Positions 1 to 13,000 of a stretch of DNA of 64,000 nucleotides are shown here, in pieces; position 1 is the stretch's first letter; the number at the start of each line of letters is the position of its first letter. The translations under genes were made by a program, and so were the position numbers. Below the pieces are notes generated by a model that was not told the DNA's origin, did no database searches, and was given only the letters and a program-made list of their open reading frames with translations. The DNA comes from Paragordius varius (lineage: Eukaryota; Animalia; Nematomorpha): the NCBI GenBank assembly GCA_964247055.1, contig OZ176055.1, positions 9,610,001 through 9,674,000 on the forward strand, in the 5' to 3' direction.

Positions 1-12
1 ACAAAAAATTGT

Positions 13-328
13 AACGACATTATGCGGAGATTATTTTATAAGCTTACCATGACAATTAGAAGTCATAGTACTTCTTATTGATATGAAACGAAAATTAAAT
101 ATATATATACATATATTAAACTTCTAACTGACAGTGCCCGTGTTCTTATATGTGATTGATGAGTCCACAACAAGGATGAAACGCGTCACGTCTCACACTA
201 TGACACGTGGTAAACACTGTCCTTTAAAAATTTTGTTTCATAAGCCACTACCAATTGCTCCATAGGGACTACTATGACTTCTAATTGCAGTGGTAGGCTA
301 ATAAAAATAATCTCCACATAATGTCGTT
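13..328. mobile_element. Hairpin MITE-like element (may be truncated by window start)
   Basis: AACGACATTATGCGGAGATTATTTT...CAATTAGAAGTCATAGTA (13-70) is the imperfect reverse complement of TACTATGACTTCTAATTG...AAAATAATCTCCACATAATGTCGTT (269-328). No ORF. Confidence 0.6.
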
Positions 329-1491
329 ATTATTAAATATAAAGATGGCATTTTCCGCCTAGTATGTCTAAAAATTAATAAAAAATTTTGGTGTTTTAAT
401 TATACAGTCATATGTTTGTAATCTACTGAAATATTTTATATTGCCGATATATATATATTTATAAATGCGCAGAGCGTGATTAACAATTTTTTTATTCTCC
501 TTTTAACTAAACCTTGTTAAAATACGGGATATTTAAACGAAATTGGTTTTCAAGCAATTTTCCGAAAGCGTGTAAGCCTACCAATTTGATATAATATTTT
601 TGATTTTTACGAATGCGCTAAGGGTAACTGGGCCTTTTTTTGAATATATCTTCAGTGTAACTTTACCCAGAAAAGGTTTTATAAAAAAAATATTGATTTT
701 AATTGTTGGAAATAGTATACATAAAAAATTATAATACCTTTCCCACATATTAAATACCGCTGAATATTTTATTACTCAATTAAAGCATTCGGTTTCTCTC
801 AGCTACAACTTAAAAATTTTACTGTCCATTATAAAAATGGAATTTGGCTTTGAAAACAGGTTTCCGTAAAACTAATAGACCTATTCGAAAACAAAAGCAG
901 AAGTTTTTTATTCGTTTATAATGGTAACGAGGGTGATAATTTTAAATCACACACGTTCATCCCTATCCGTGTGTTAAAATAAGATTTTAAATGCTGGCCC
1001 TCAAGAATTCCGGAAAATTTAATTAATCGATTTTTGAATTTTTACAAATACTTCACACTTTCGGAGACCACACAAAATTACCTGTGATTTTTAAAAAAAT
1101 GATTACATCCTGGACTAGTTTTATATCTCAGAGCTTAACTTGTAAATTAATAAAAGTTTAGAAAGTTATTAATTTATTTGACCCTGTTCTCTTGCATTTT
1201 ACAAAGAAGATAATTTTTAACCTCTATAATCACAAACTGAGATGGCTCTAAAACACGATTGCAACTAATGACTAAGAATACAACAATAAAATATTAAAAA
1301 TTTGCTGGAATGTAATTCAAAAGCTATTTAAAGCTACCTTATTAACCTAAGTTTAATGTTTTTTGCCTTTTGTATTTGTAATGTAAAATCAAAGAAAAAA
1401 ATGGCGGCGAAAAAATTTAATAACAATTTTTTTCATTTTTATTAACATGCGCCTAAAAGGCTAAAGTAAACTTTATAAACTAGATTAAAAT

Positions 1492-1632
1492 GTCAATAAA
1501 AACATTTTCCCAATCAATTGAAACGTTTACCGGTCAATAAAAACATTTTCCCAGTCAATAAAAACGTTTTTCCAGTCAATTAAAACGTTTTTCCAGTTGA
1601 TAAAAACATTTTCCAGTCAATAAAAACGGTTT
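1492..1632. repeat. ~21-bp minisatellite, about 7 copies
   Basis: Unit GTCAATAAAAACATTTTCCCA repeated with substitutions. Confidence 0.85.
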
Positions 1633-2959
1633 TATTAATTTCTTAATAATTTCTTTAGGGGTGGTTTTTCCCAGAGCGATTTAAAATTTGAATATCTTAA
1701 AAAGTTAAAGCTGAATTAAAATATGCTTTCTTTAACCTTTTTGGCGCATCAAACAAATTTCTTTTTAGAAAATGTAAAATTGTAAAAAATCCTCATCTCC
1801 AAATTTTTTAGAGCCATTTTTTTCTCAAATTTTTTTAAATCGCTAATGCAACAGGCAAATAAGTGTATATTATGAACAGAAAATGTAAATAACTTTAGGC
1901 TTTCAGGTTGCATTTAACCAGCAAAAAATGATATTTATTGATTTTAAAATCAGCTGTTAGTTTCAATTGAGTTTTGGAACTGTTCTAGAATCTCGAAGTC
2001 CAAAACTGTAAAATATTAGCTTTTTTATCTAATACCCTAACAATGTCTGATAACTAAATTTTAACTAAATTAACTTTCAAAACAATAGTTCATTTACAAA
2101 ACTGAGCTCTGGATATAAAACTACCCCAATATGTAAACCACAACAAAAAAGTAATAAGATAAGGAATTGTAAATGATGGACTTGTCTGGGTAATGAATAT
2201 CATGATTTAATTGATAATAGAAAACTTTTAGCATCCTCTAAAGTTTCGTTATTAATCATAATGTTAAGTAATTGGCGATATTTAACATGGAATCATAAAC
2301 AAAAAAGTGGTAATAACTTTCTTAACACTTCATTACCTTTTCATTTTCTGACATTACATTTTGGGGGTAGTTTTATATCAAAGCTTAAAAAGGCTTATAT
2401 TTACATATATCCCAAATCGCGGCAGGTCCAAAACACGATTGAAGTAAACAGCTGATTCCAAAATCTAAAATATCAGGTGTTTGTTGGTAAAATGTAATCT
2501 GAAAGATTTTTAATGTTAGTTATCCTATTTTCTAACCATAATATAAAATTATTTTCTTGTTGTGTTAACATAAGAATATTTAAAAAAGCAGTGAAAAAGT
2601 TTGTGACTTGGGGAGCTTACATCTAAAATTAAATTATTTAATTTTTACCTTAATTTTTAGTTTATACCTTAATTTAATTTTATTTTGACAAAAATTACTT
2701 GTTGGAATCAAAAATTCACTTTGATAAATTCATTCAATTATAGCTGTTTATTTAAAAATATGGGCCAATTTTGCCATTTTCTGATACGGAGCATTTACCA
2801 AAATGTTATTAACAATGTCACTCGTAAGGGCCACAAAAGCATTATGATAATCCTGATACATGTATCTATATCTATATATATATATATATATCATCATGTT
2901 TTTTACCCCTTAGTTTGTCATATGGGGTCAAGTGAGGAAATATTTTATGAAATGATTTA

Positions 2960-3872
2960 AGGTTTTGATTTATTGCTGTTGAGACAGAGCATGCCATGGA
3001 CTTTGTGTCTTCCGGCTAATTTCGGTGGTTTTTCGATGATGTATGGTTCAAATAAATCATTTGTAAGGCGAAACGGCTCAAATCTTACCAGGTTTATAGC
3101 AATATCTTCTGCTTGATATTGATAGACCGCCTCAAGGTTACGACCACAATTTATTCCGACTTGAATTTACAAAATAAAGCAATTTCTTATCAAAATTCCC
3201 CAATTCGATGCAAAACAATTTCTTTTCCTGTCGTTGAAGCTTAATTTCTATTTATTTTTGATTTGACGTTCCCTTTAATTGTGTGGAACTCATTTACCGA
3301 GTTTATTGGTCTCTCCCTTATTCATATTGTATGTACTAGCTAGTCGTTATGGATTTATAGCATTTTGGTAAATGTTTGCTAATTTGCTCTGTTGTAAGAA
3401 AGATCTGTAAGATTTTGAATGTTATATTTGAGTTCGAATTTCTGTCTAGAGCAATAAGACCGCGCTTTCTTTTTCCATCCACTGTACCTGTAATTATAAA
3501 ACTTCCAAAATATGTGCCCTAAACTAGACATTTATTATTTTATATTCATGTAATGCTTTTGCCAAATGGCGTTAAATTAAAGTTGGGACCATTGCATTAG
3601 ATTGTCTTTCCAGTTGAAAACCTATTTCATGTCCTTGACCGCAAGGGAAAGCTTTAAATAGCCTTTTTCTTCTGATGGCAATGCTCTCCGTAAATTTTTT
3701 ATTCAAGCACAAAATTTAAATTACTAGATGATAGATCTAAATCGTTAGTGTTTAAACCCATTTGTGTGTATTTCTAGTTAAAGTCAGATCAACAAAATAG
3801 GGTTTGTATCAAATTAATTGGAATACTTTTCGCTGACGTCTTCTCTAAAAACCGGGTACATATGACTACATA
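2960..3872 (-). mobile_element. Degenerate Mos1-like mariner transposon relic, 3'-truncated
   Basis: Minus-strand translation with stops and frameshifts gives KLGK*VPH, ERQIKN, LHRI and YFVN, matching mariner transposase motifs. Its 5' end (TGTAGTCATA...AGAAGACGTCAGCGAAAAGTATTC) matches the 5' end of the relic at 41566. Confidence 0.7.
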
Positions 3873-4316
3873 TATACAATCCAAATTTTCAAAAATTTTA
3901 AAAAAATTGACGTGATATAACTGCTCCAGGATTCAGAATCATGTAATAATGTTTTTATGTTTAAGTTATATTAAATTGTAAAAACGCTTGAAATTAGGAT
4001 TTTTTAGCACAATACTTCAAAAAATAGATAATATAATAATCTATCTTGTATTAGTTTTTTCATTTAATTTTAGCTATTCGGCGTAAAAGAGGCCCTGAAA
4101 AGCGGTTGAAAATAATTAAAATTCTAATTGAAACCTAATTTTTTTGCTAAAATAAATATATAATTATTATATCATGTGTAATCAGAAGTCAGATAATTTA
4201 TAAATCATCTGCACCACAGTTGTTTACTCTTTACCGACCGTTCTTTTTTAAATTTCACCATATTTGTTTGCGCATCTTACCGTTAAATATTAAAATCCCG
4301 GATATATAGCTTTGAG

Positions 4317-7300
4317 ATGTCATCATCCGAAAATAATGGATCCAACCCTAATAGTACAAATAGAATATCTACTTCAACGAGCTTGATACGTCCAATATCT
4401 ATTAGTAATCCCTTTTTTCAAAATTTACATTCTGGTTCAATCCCACCATTTTATTATCCTCCTCCCCCTCCACCAGTTCAATTATTAAATATTCCGCTCA
4501 ATACTTCGACAACCAATAATTTAGCTATTATTGCAGCAGCAAGACAACATCAACAATTTATAAATACGAATATGAATGTCCCTCCGCAAATGTTTCCCAA
4601 TCTCAACTTTGGTCATCAGCACAATAGATATCCAAATCCTAATTCTGCACCCAATTTTTATTTTACCAGTTCCGGATCTACTGGAAACCTTAATACAGGC
4701 ACTTCTTCAACAGGTGGTTCGCTCAATAGAATGCCCCTTGGAGCGCTTAATAATCCACATCCATTAAATTTATTAAATTTTTCTCATATGCCGTCACATT
4801 TGAACTTTCCCAATCCAATGCCACCGCTTATAACCCAAAATCAACCAATTAACATTGGGAACAGTTCTCTTAATTTTGGAAATGTGTCAAACAATTTAAA
4901 TTACATTTCAAACAATTTTCCTCACAACAACAATAATATCAATACCAATTTTAGTGCGACAGCCCCAAAAATTTCAAATAATCAACAAGTTGGTAAATCT
5001 TCTGGCATTGTTGGTATCAGTAGTGGAATCATATGTTCTTCTGCAACAGCAAGTATAACGCCCCACGCATCTCAAATCTCAGTGCAGACAAGTTCATTTT
5101 TATTTTAACGTTTTTATAGGTTGCTCAGTAGGATCTGTAACAACAATAAACTCATCTATTGTACCAACAATTGTTAATACATTTGCCACATCGACTAACA
5201 ATTCCAATTCAATTCCCTCCCTTTCGGCTTTAAATTTATCCTCAACCGCAAGACACAATTTATCGTCTGGTAATGTTGTATCAACGGCCACCACCACCAT
5301 TTCAACTTTAAATTTGAGTCATGCTCTTTTATCAAACGCATTATCCCATAACGCTCCAGTAAACTTGAGCTTTTCTTCTAACACCATTGGGAATATGTAT
5401 CCAGGAAATGCTAATATAAAAACGGAACATAGTATGATTAAATTTTTGGTTTGAGTATTAATTATAGGACATAATTTTGACACTTTAAAACCATATATTT
5501 TGCATCAGCTGATAAAGTATATTTAATTAATATCCATCATATTTAGCCTCAAGTTTAAATGTCGTCTCGAAAGATCTTGTCAACGCCGGTTATATGTTTG
5601 GGAGTTTGGGACATCACCCCTTAAATAGTTCCCAATCAGCGACGATCGTTACCATGGCAACCAGCTCGACAGGTCTTTCCCTGGGATCCCTGAATATGAA
5701 TACTCAACAATTTCAACGTCTTAAGGTGGAGGATGCCCTGTCATACCTTGACCAGGTTAAAATGCGATTCAGCACCCAACCTCAAGTCTACAACGATTTT
5801 TTGGACATTATGAAAGAGTTTAAATCACAAAGGTTGGAATTTCGATTTACTTTTTAGATTTTCAATTGCCAGTAGATGGTATATATTCAGCAAAGGGAAC
5901 TATTTTTGGTTTAAACGGTTTTTTAACTCTGGTTTTAGCCAATAATTATTCTCTTTGCTATTATATAGCATGCTATCAGGAAATATTTAATGCAAAATAG
6001 CAATATATACTTTTGTTTTGTTTATTCAATGAATTTTTATTGCTTTATAAGTATCTTGATAATTCATTCTTCAATAAATCATTGAAAAAATTGGAATCTT
6101 AGAATAAAAATTAAATTTTAGGTGAGAGTCGAAATTATAATATGGTAAATTTGTAATTAATTATTATTTAACAATTGATGTATATCTAACAAATTAAAAT
6201 CAAATGTTAGAATACTAGTTAAGAGCGGTACCTTTAACACATAAAAAATATAGGAGAGTAATTTCAATTATATATACCATATACAGTTTAAATTCAGCCT
6301 TGAATTATTCAAATTTACCCTAAAATAAATTATCTGTTTTCGAACTAATTAAACTCATTATTAATATAAAATATATCTTTATGGCATAGTATATTCTTTT
6401 AATTTGAATTGTTTGAGGGTGAATTTGAAATGGTATATTAATTTAAATATATATATATATATGCCTCAACCGAGATAACATTTCAATTATAGTTATTTAT
6501 AGATTTTTACATTATATGTACTTTATAGTATTGATACACCTGGGGTGATTGGTCGCGTTTCTGGCCTGTTTAAAGGACACCCCGATCTGATTGTCGGATT
6601 TAACACATTCCTCCCGCCCGGGTTCAAGGTTGAAATCAAAAGTTCGGGCGGAGGAACTGCTTCTTTAATTTCACCCCATGAGACGGCTGTCTTGGTAAGT
6701 CCGCCCCCGGGGCGAAAATTGACGATGAACGCGACAACAAACTCAAGTTTTTTGTTTAACACTGAAACTACTTTATCTTTGGGCCCTGGTCCTGGTGGTC
6801 CTGGAAAGTTAAAATCTAAAGTATATTTTTTACTACGAAATGATATTTAATCTAAATTTAAAGCATTGACGAGTCTTTTACTTGGAAAATTTTGAATATA
6901 GGTTAAGTTACAAAAGTACGAAATGATATTTAATCTAAATTTGAAGCATTGACGAGTTTTAACTTGGAAAATTGAATTAGGGTAGTTTTTTCAAGTCACA
7001 AAAGTACGAAACGAAATGGTATTTAATGTAAAAGGGGGCTTAAACTTAAGCTATGACGAGTTTTAACTTGGAAAAATTTGAATTACGGGTAGTTTTTTTA
7101 GGGTACAAAAGTACGAAACGAAATGGTATTTAATGCAAGGAGGGACGACTTAAACTTAAGCTATGACGAGTCTTTACTTGGAAAAATCTGAAATAAGGGT
7201 AGTTTTTTTAATACGAGATGATTTATAATGTAAGGAGGGACGACTTAAACTTTAGCGCAATGAAGAGTTTTTACTTGGAAAAATTTAATTAAGGGTAGTT

Positions 7301-7908
7301 TTTTCAAGTAAAAGTACGAAATGATATTTAATGTAAGGTGGGACTTAAACTTAAAGCAATGACGAGTTTTTACTTGGAAAAATTTGAATTTAGGGTAGTT
7401 TTTTAGGGTACAAAAGTACAAAACGAAATGATATTTAATGTAAGGAGGGGCGACCTAAACTTAAGCTATCATGAGTTTTTACTTGGAAAAATTTGAATTA
7501 GGGTAGTTTTTTAGGGTACAAAAGTACGAAAAGATATTTAATGTAAGGTGGGACTTGAACTTAAAGCAATGACGAGTTTTTACTTAAAATTTGAATTAAG
7601 GGAAGTATTATTATGATGTATGATATACAGTAAAAATTAAAATTATACGAAGAAAAGGTAAAAATATAATAACAAATATTTTTTTCAAAAGACAATTCCA
7701 TACTTTTTATAACCTTAATTTTGCTTATATAAACTATTTAGTTACAATTGTAAATAGAAATGATTGTGTTAATCTAATATATCTCTACTTTTACTTTGCA
7801 ATATTAAATGAGAATTATATTAAAAAATGAGGATGAAAAGTATGGTTGTTTTTTTAAAAATATTTGTCTCTATATTTTTTCGTTTTGTCCATATAATTTC
7901 AAATTTTA

Positions 7909-7960
<52 letters not shown>

Positions 7961-10015
7961 ATAAATTTTAAGTTCATTTTTTAGTATTATGGTTATTATT
8001 TTTACTATAAATAAGTATGTTATTCGTATAAATTCTGTATTTATAGATTACCAATTTATACTAACTGATAGGATTTTTTGATTACTTTTTTTTGATTGAA
8101 ATAAAAATTTTGGTAAAATTTGTTTAGGATGTAAAACAAGAAATTACTGGGATTCCATCATCTTTGAATCAACAAAAGAAAGATACTACAGGCACCTCGG
8201 GTAATAATGTGCCCCCTGTCGAATTTAACCATGCCATTAATTATGTCAACAAAATTAAGGTTTGTATTGTTTGGAATTTTTTATAAAATTTTTTGTAAAC
8301 TAATGTCAAATATAATTTTTTCTATCACTTTAGATATTTATTTAAAATCTGAGTGCAAAAAATTTTTTAAATCACTGTTTTGATCACCCTAATTTATAGG
8401 TAGAAAACATTCCGAGGGTTATTTTTATCCCAAAGGTAAAGTTTCTCAAAAATAAATTAAATAAAAAATAATTAAAGCCATTATGACAGACATCAAACTT
8501 TAATGAATAAACAAGGATTTATTTTCGTAGTTTTGAAAGAAATAGGAACTTAAATATTCATTTAAAGCAAACAGCTGATTGCAAAAAAATTAAAGATTAT
8601 TGAAAAGTTTTGATGGTAAAATATAATTAAAAACACGTTTTTTAAAGTTAATTAATTTTATTTTCTTTAATTAAAAAACTTGGAAATTTACGACTAAAAG
8701 ATTAAATATAATTAAACTAAAATGTTAATTCTCTTTTTAATATCACCTTAGGAATCAAAACCACTCTTAATAAAGCTATTTTATTTTCATAATTTTATTT
8801 TAATATTTCTAATCATTTTCTGGTCACGTCATTATTTGCAACGAGAAAGAGCTTCTGTTCTATTCTGTGTTCTTATATATATACACGATTTTATTGATTT
8901 TTATTTAGGACTTGTGAAAACGAAAGATTTCAGTATAATTTACGCATTCAACTTCATAAACTTTTACTGTTATTGCTCCAAGAAAATTTTACATTTTTTT
9001 GAAACAAATTTATTATATCCCCCCTTTTATAAATATTTTATAATTTTTTTATTTAACGATTAAATAAATAATTGTAATGATATTATAGAATCGCTTTCAA
9101 AACCGTCCTGAAATATATAAATCTTTCTTGGAAATTCTTCATCGGTATCAAAAGGAACAACGTATGTTGAGAGATGTATGAATTTTTTTGCTTAATACTA
9201 TTTTTAACTTTTTTTTTCGTTTTATTTTAAATTATAAATTTATTTATGTTTGAAAATTTCCTATAGCTTATTTGCAAACGCATAAATTTAAATAATTTCA
9301 ATTTATATTTTTATATATATACCATTTACAATTCAAATTCACTCTCAAACAATTTAAATTCACCCTAAATTGTGTGTTTTTGAATATTATACCTGTATTT
9401 CTATAATATTTTTAAAAATATTAAATTTTGTTTAACATTGACATAATATTGAAAAAATAATAAACTATGCCATAACGAAATAATTTGATGAGTTATAATA
9501 ACCCGAAAACACATAATTTATTTTTTAAGGTGAATTTGAATTTTTCACGCGTGAATTAGAATTATTTAAGGGTGAATTTAGATTGTTTAAGGGTGAATTT
9601 GAATTGTTCAAGGGGGAATTAGAATTGTTTAAGGGTAAATTTAGATTTTTCAAGGGTGAATTTATAAATGGTATATATAATTTTTATTATAGCAACATAT
9701 GAAGGAGGGAACATTGAGTGGATCATCCAGCATATACAATATTGGTAATTTTTCTTAAACTTAATATTTAAAAAATTTTTAATTTTGGATTTTTTATCTT
9801 ATGCATTCGATATGTTTTGGGTTAGAATTTTAAAAGTTTTTTAAATTAAAGAATTTTCGGTTTTTTAAACAATTTTTATTTTATAAAATTAACACAAACA
9901 GCAAAAAATTGCATTGTATATCTCGAATTGTACTTTGATATATATTTTTTTTGAAAATTTAAAACACACAAAATATTTTATAAGCATTTAAAACGTTTCA
10001 TCATGCCTTAAACAG

Positions 10016-10056
<41 letters not shown>

Positions 10057-13000
10057 CACCTTAATTTATTTATAACACTATCATGACATGAATCGAAGGA
10101 AGACTAATATTTTTTTAAGAACACCATATTGGTTTATCCCGTTGTTTTTCGTATTAACCTAAATGATTTAAATTTTTTATTAAAAATACTACAGTTAAAA
10201 ATAAAAATATACGAATAAACACATGGTTACATTCTCTAATCTTTTTCGAACCTTATTTTTTCATGCAAATTATTTTTTAAGGGTATAAAAATGATTTTTT
10301 TTAACTCAACCCTTTCTCCACGATTATATTTACATAGATTTTATACAAAAAATAAGTTTGTAAAATAAATCGATAAATCTATAACTTTATAAGGTTTTTT
10401 TTGTTTTTATATTCAATAAATTTTCGACATAATTTATGACATTTTACCTTGGTAAATGTTATCTACTCATATAAACTTTTGTTAGAAAACCCACAAATCC
10501 GAAAGTTGAAACAATTAACCTCCCTTGAATTTTCTAGCAGTGCGGCGAGCGGGACAAGTACTGATGATTCAAATACCACTGACGACGATGACAACTCTGA
10601 ACCTGAAATTATTGAAAGACACAAAACTCAAAACAATAAGAACGGTGTGACCATTTAATTTTAATTTTTTGGGGGTTGAATTGATTGAAAAGTACAAAAA
10701 ATTGTAAAATAAACGAATTCAAATCTTCAAATTTTGAAAATTTTAGATATATTACAATTTTTATGTTGCATTCATATTATTTTTGAGGGGAGAAAAGGAA
10801 TATAGTATTAGACGTAATGAGATGTTTTTCTTTTTATATTATGTTACCGTAAATCTCTTATAATTATAAATATAATATTTTTAATATTCTCATTTTGAGT
10901 TTCGAAACAATCACTATATGCTTTCAGACCATTTATAAAAACCAAAAAATCAATAAATCCTATATACGCATATATAATATATTAATAAACCCTAATTTTT
11001 CTATGCAAACTATTTCAAAAAAAATGTAAATTATATAAATGATTGTGTTACCAAACATTTCCCCTCGCTCCCCTTATCCTACTTTACAATTTTAAACAAT
11101 GAGTTTGATTTAAATAAATCAAGATTAAAAGTTTGATTGGTGTCTTTGTGTTTAAAAAATATTATATTTTTACGTTTTGTCCGTATAATTTTAATTCATA
11201 CTGCAGGAATATTAATTGCGAAATTATTATTTTTTTTCTACTTTTTAGCTCTTGATTTGGATGATGATAGCGTTGAAGAACGTGAGGATGATGGTATAAA
11301 ATATAAATATATATAATATATATACTTAATTTTTTTCAGTTTTCTATTTAGTGATTATATTAAACATTATAAATAATCTATAAAATAATTGCAATATGTT
11401 ATTTAAATATTTATGGGATACGTTTAATTGTTGGCATATTGCTAATAATCCTATACACAACACGATGTGCAAAAAATATAAAAGAATAAAATTAAATTTA
11501 TTGAAATATTCAAAATTATTCAATCGTAATGTTGGTTGGTATGTAGGTAGGTAGTTAACACTATATCAAAAGAAATCCTAAAATTTAATTTAAACATATA
11601 ATTCCATTTCAAGAGAGATACTGCATATATAAGTAATGAAATCAATCTTACCCGTTATTCCCTTTTTATAAACGAATGGTAAAAAACACCTTTTTTTATA
11701 CTATACCTTATAACATATAGAATCCACAATCAAACTGCAACATAAACATGATGGAAAAGCTGTATCAGTCACTACAAAGAAAAAACTGAAAAAAAGTTTA
11801 GGGTCTCTGGCGGCGGTAGGCGTTAGTGCGGGTAATACCCGCAAATTCTTAACCGAATCCGAAGTTTACAATAGCGTAGCTAAATTGTTTGAACATCAAA
11901 CGGATTTGTTGGATGAATTTGCTCAATTCCTCCCAGATGCGTGTAGGCATTTGTCTACCTCTACCTTAACAAATGTCGCCACCTGGTAAGTACATATACT
12001 ATACAATAAAATTTTTGGCACTATAAGTAAAAAAAAACTTTAGAATGTAAATATATATATTTTTTACCATAAAACATACTTGACAACCTTTTGGTTTTTG
12101 ATTAACTATTTATTATTACTATTGTCAAATTATAATGCAGTCTGTTTGAAATTTACATATCTATTACCAACGATAGGTTATATGTAGAAAGTAAGGTTGT
12201 CAAGACTATGGCTGGTAAAATGGTTTTTGATTATTATCTCTACAATCGTAATTATATTGGAGTTTGTTTATTTACATTACTATATCTTGTAAACAATTCA
12301 AACGATAGGTTATATGTAGAAAGTAAGGTTATCAAGAGTATGGCACTGTCTTTTTTTAAGAGAAAACTGGTTTTTGATTAAATTTTTATTTTTACAATCC
12401 TAATTGTATTGTAGTCTGTTTGAAATTTTCATCACTATATCTTTTAAACAATTTAAAACGATAAATTATATGCAGAAAGTAAGGTTGTCAAGAATATCTT
12501 TAAGAAAAAAATATTTTTCCTTTAGTTTATACCTTTTCATTCCAATTTTTACTTGTATTTCCAGCAATAAAAACGATGGGAATAAACCCTTAAACGATAA
12601 CAATGTTAAACAACAAGAAAAACAATCAACGATAACAAAAAGCACTGTAACAACAGATCATGAAGATGGATCGCTTTTGAAAGATTTTGGTTCTTCAGGA
12701 ATGTTTCAAGTTGTACGTCGTGAGGGCTCAACATCTACAAAAGGTTCCCAAAAAATTGTTATAAATGATGAGCTTTTTATAAGGATGCATTGAGAAATTA
12801 TTTTATATATTGATATACCATTTATAGTATGGATTATCGAAAATTATATTATTTACCCTTGATTAATTACCGTGTGTTTAATCATAAACTATTTATTATT
12901 TTTTTCTTTTAGTTTTTAGGGTAATTTACGATCGATGATGGTTGGTTATTTTATATTTTTTAAGTTTTACTTTTTTTAAATTTGAAATTTTTACGGGTAA

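Noticed and set aside
350-2960. A further gene upstream of SIN3
   Set aside because: The short ORFs (2261-2455, 2685-2960) have no recognisable motifs, and I could not build a spliced model; the region looks like decayed repeats.
3830-3915. CRE/ATF-like TGACGT motifs as a SIN3 promoter call
   Set aside because: The best motif is part of the mariner 5' end and short motifs are uninformative without TSS data.
5100-5300. Antisense ORFs overlapping coding exons (also 6523-6762, 18774-19027, 46610-46810, 47580-47879, 55802-56172)
   Set aside because: Expected shadows of real exons; no recognisable domains.
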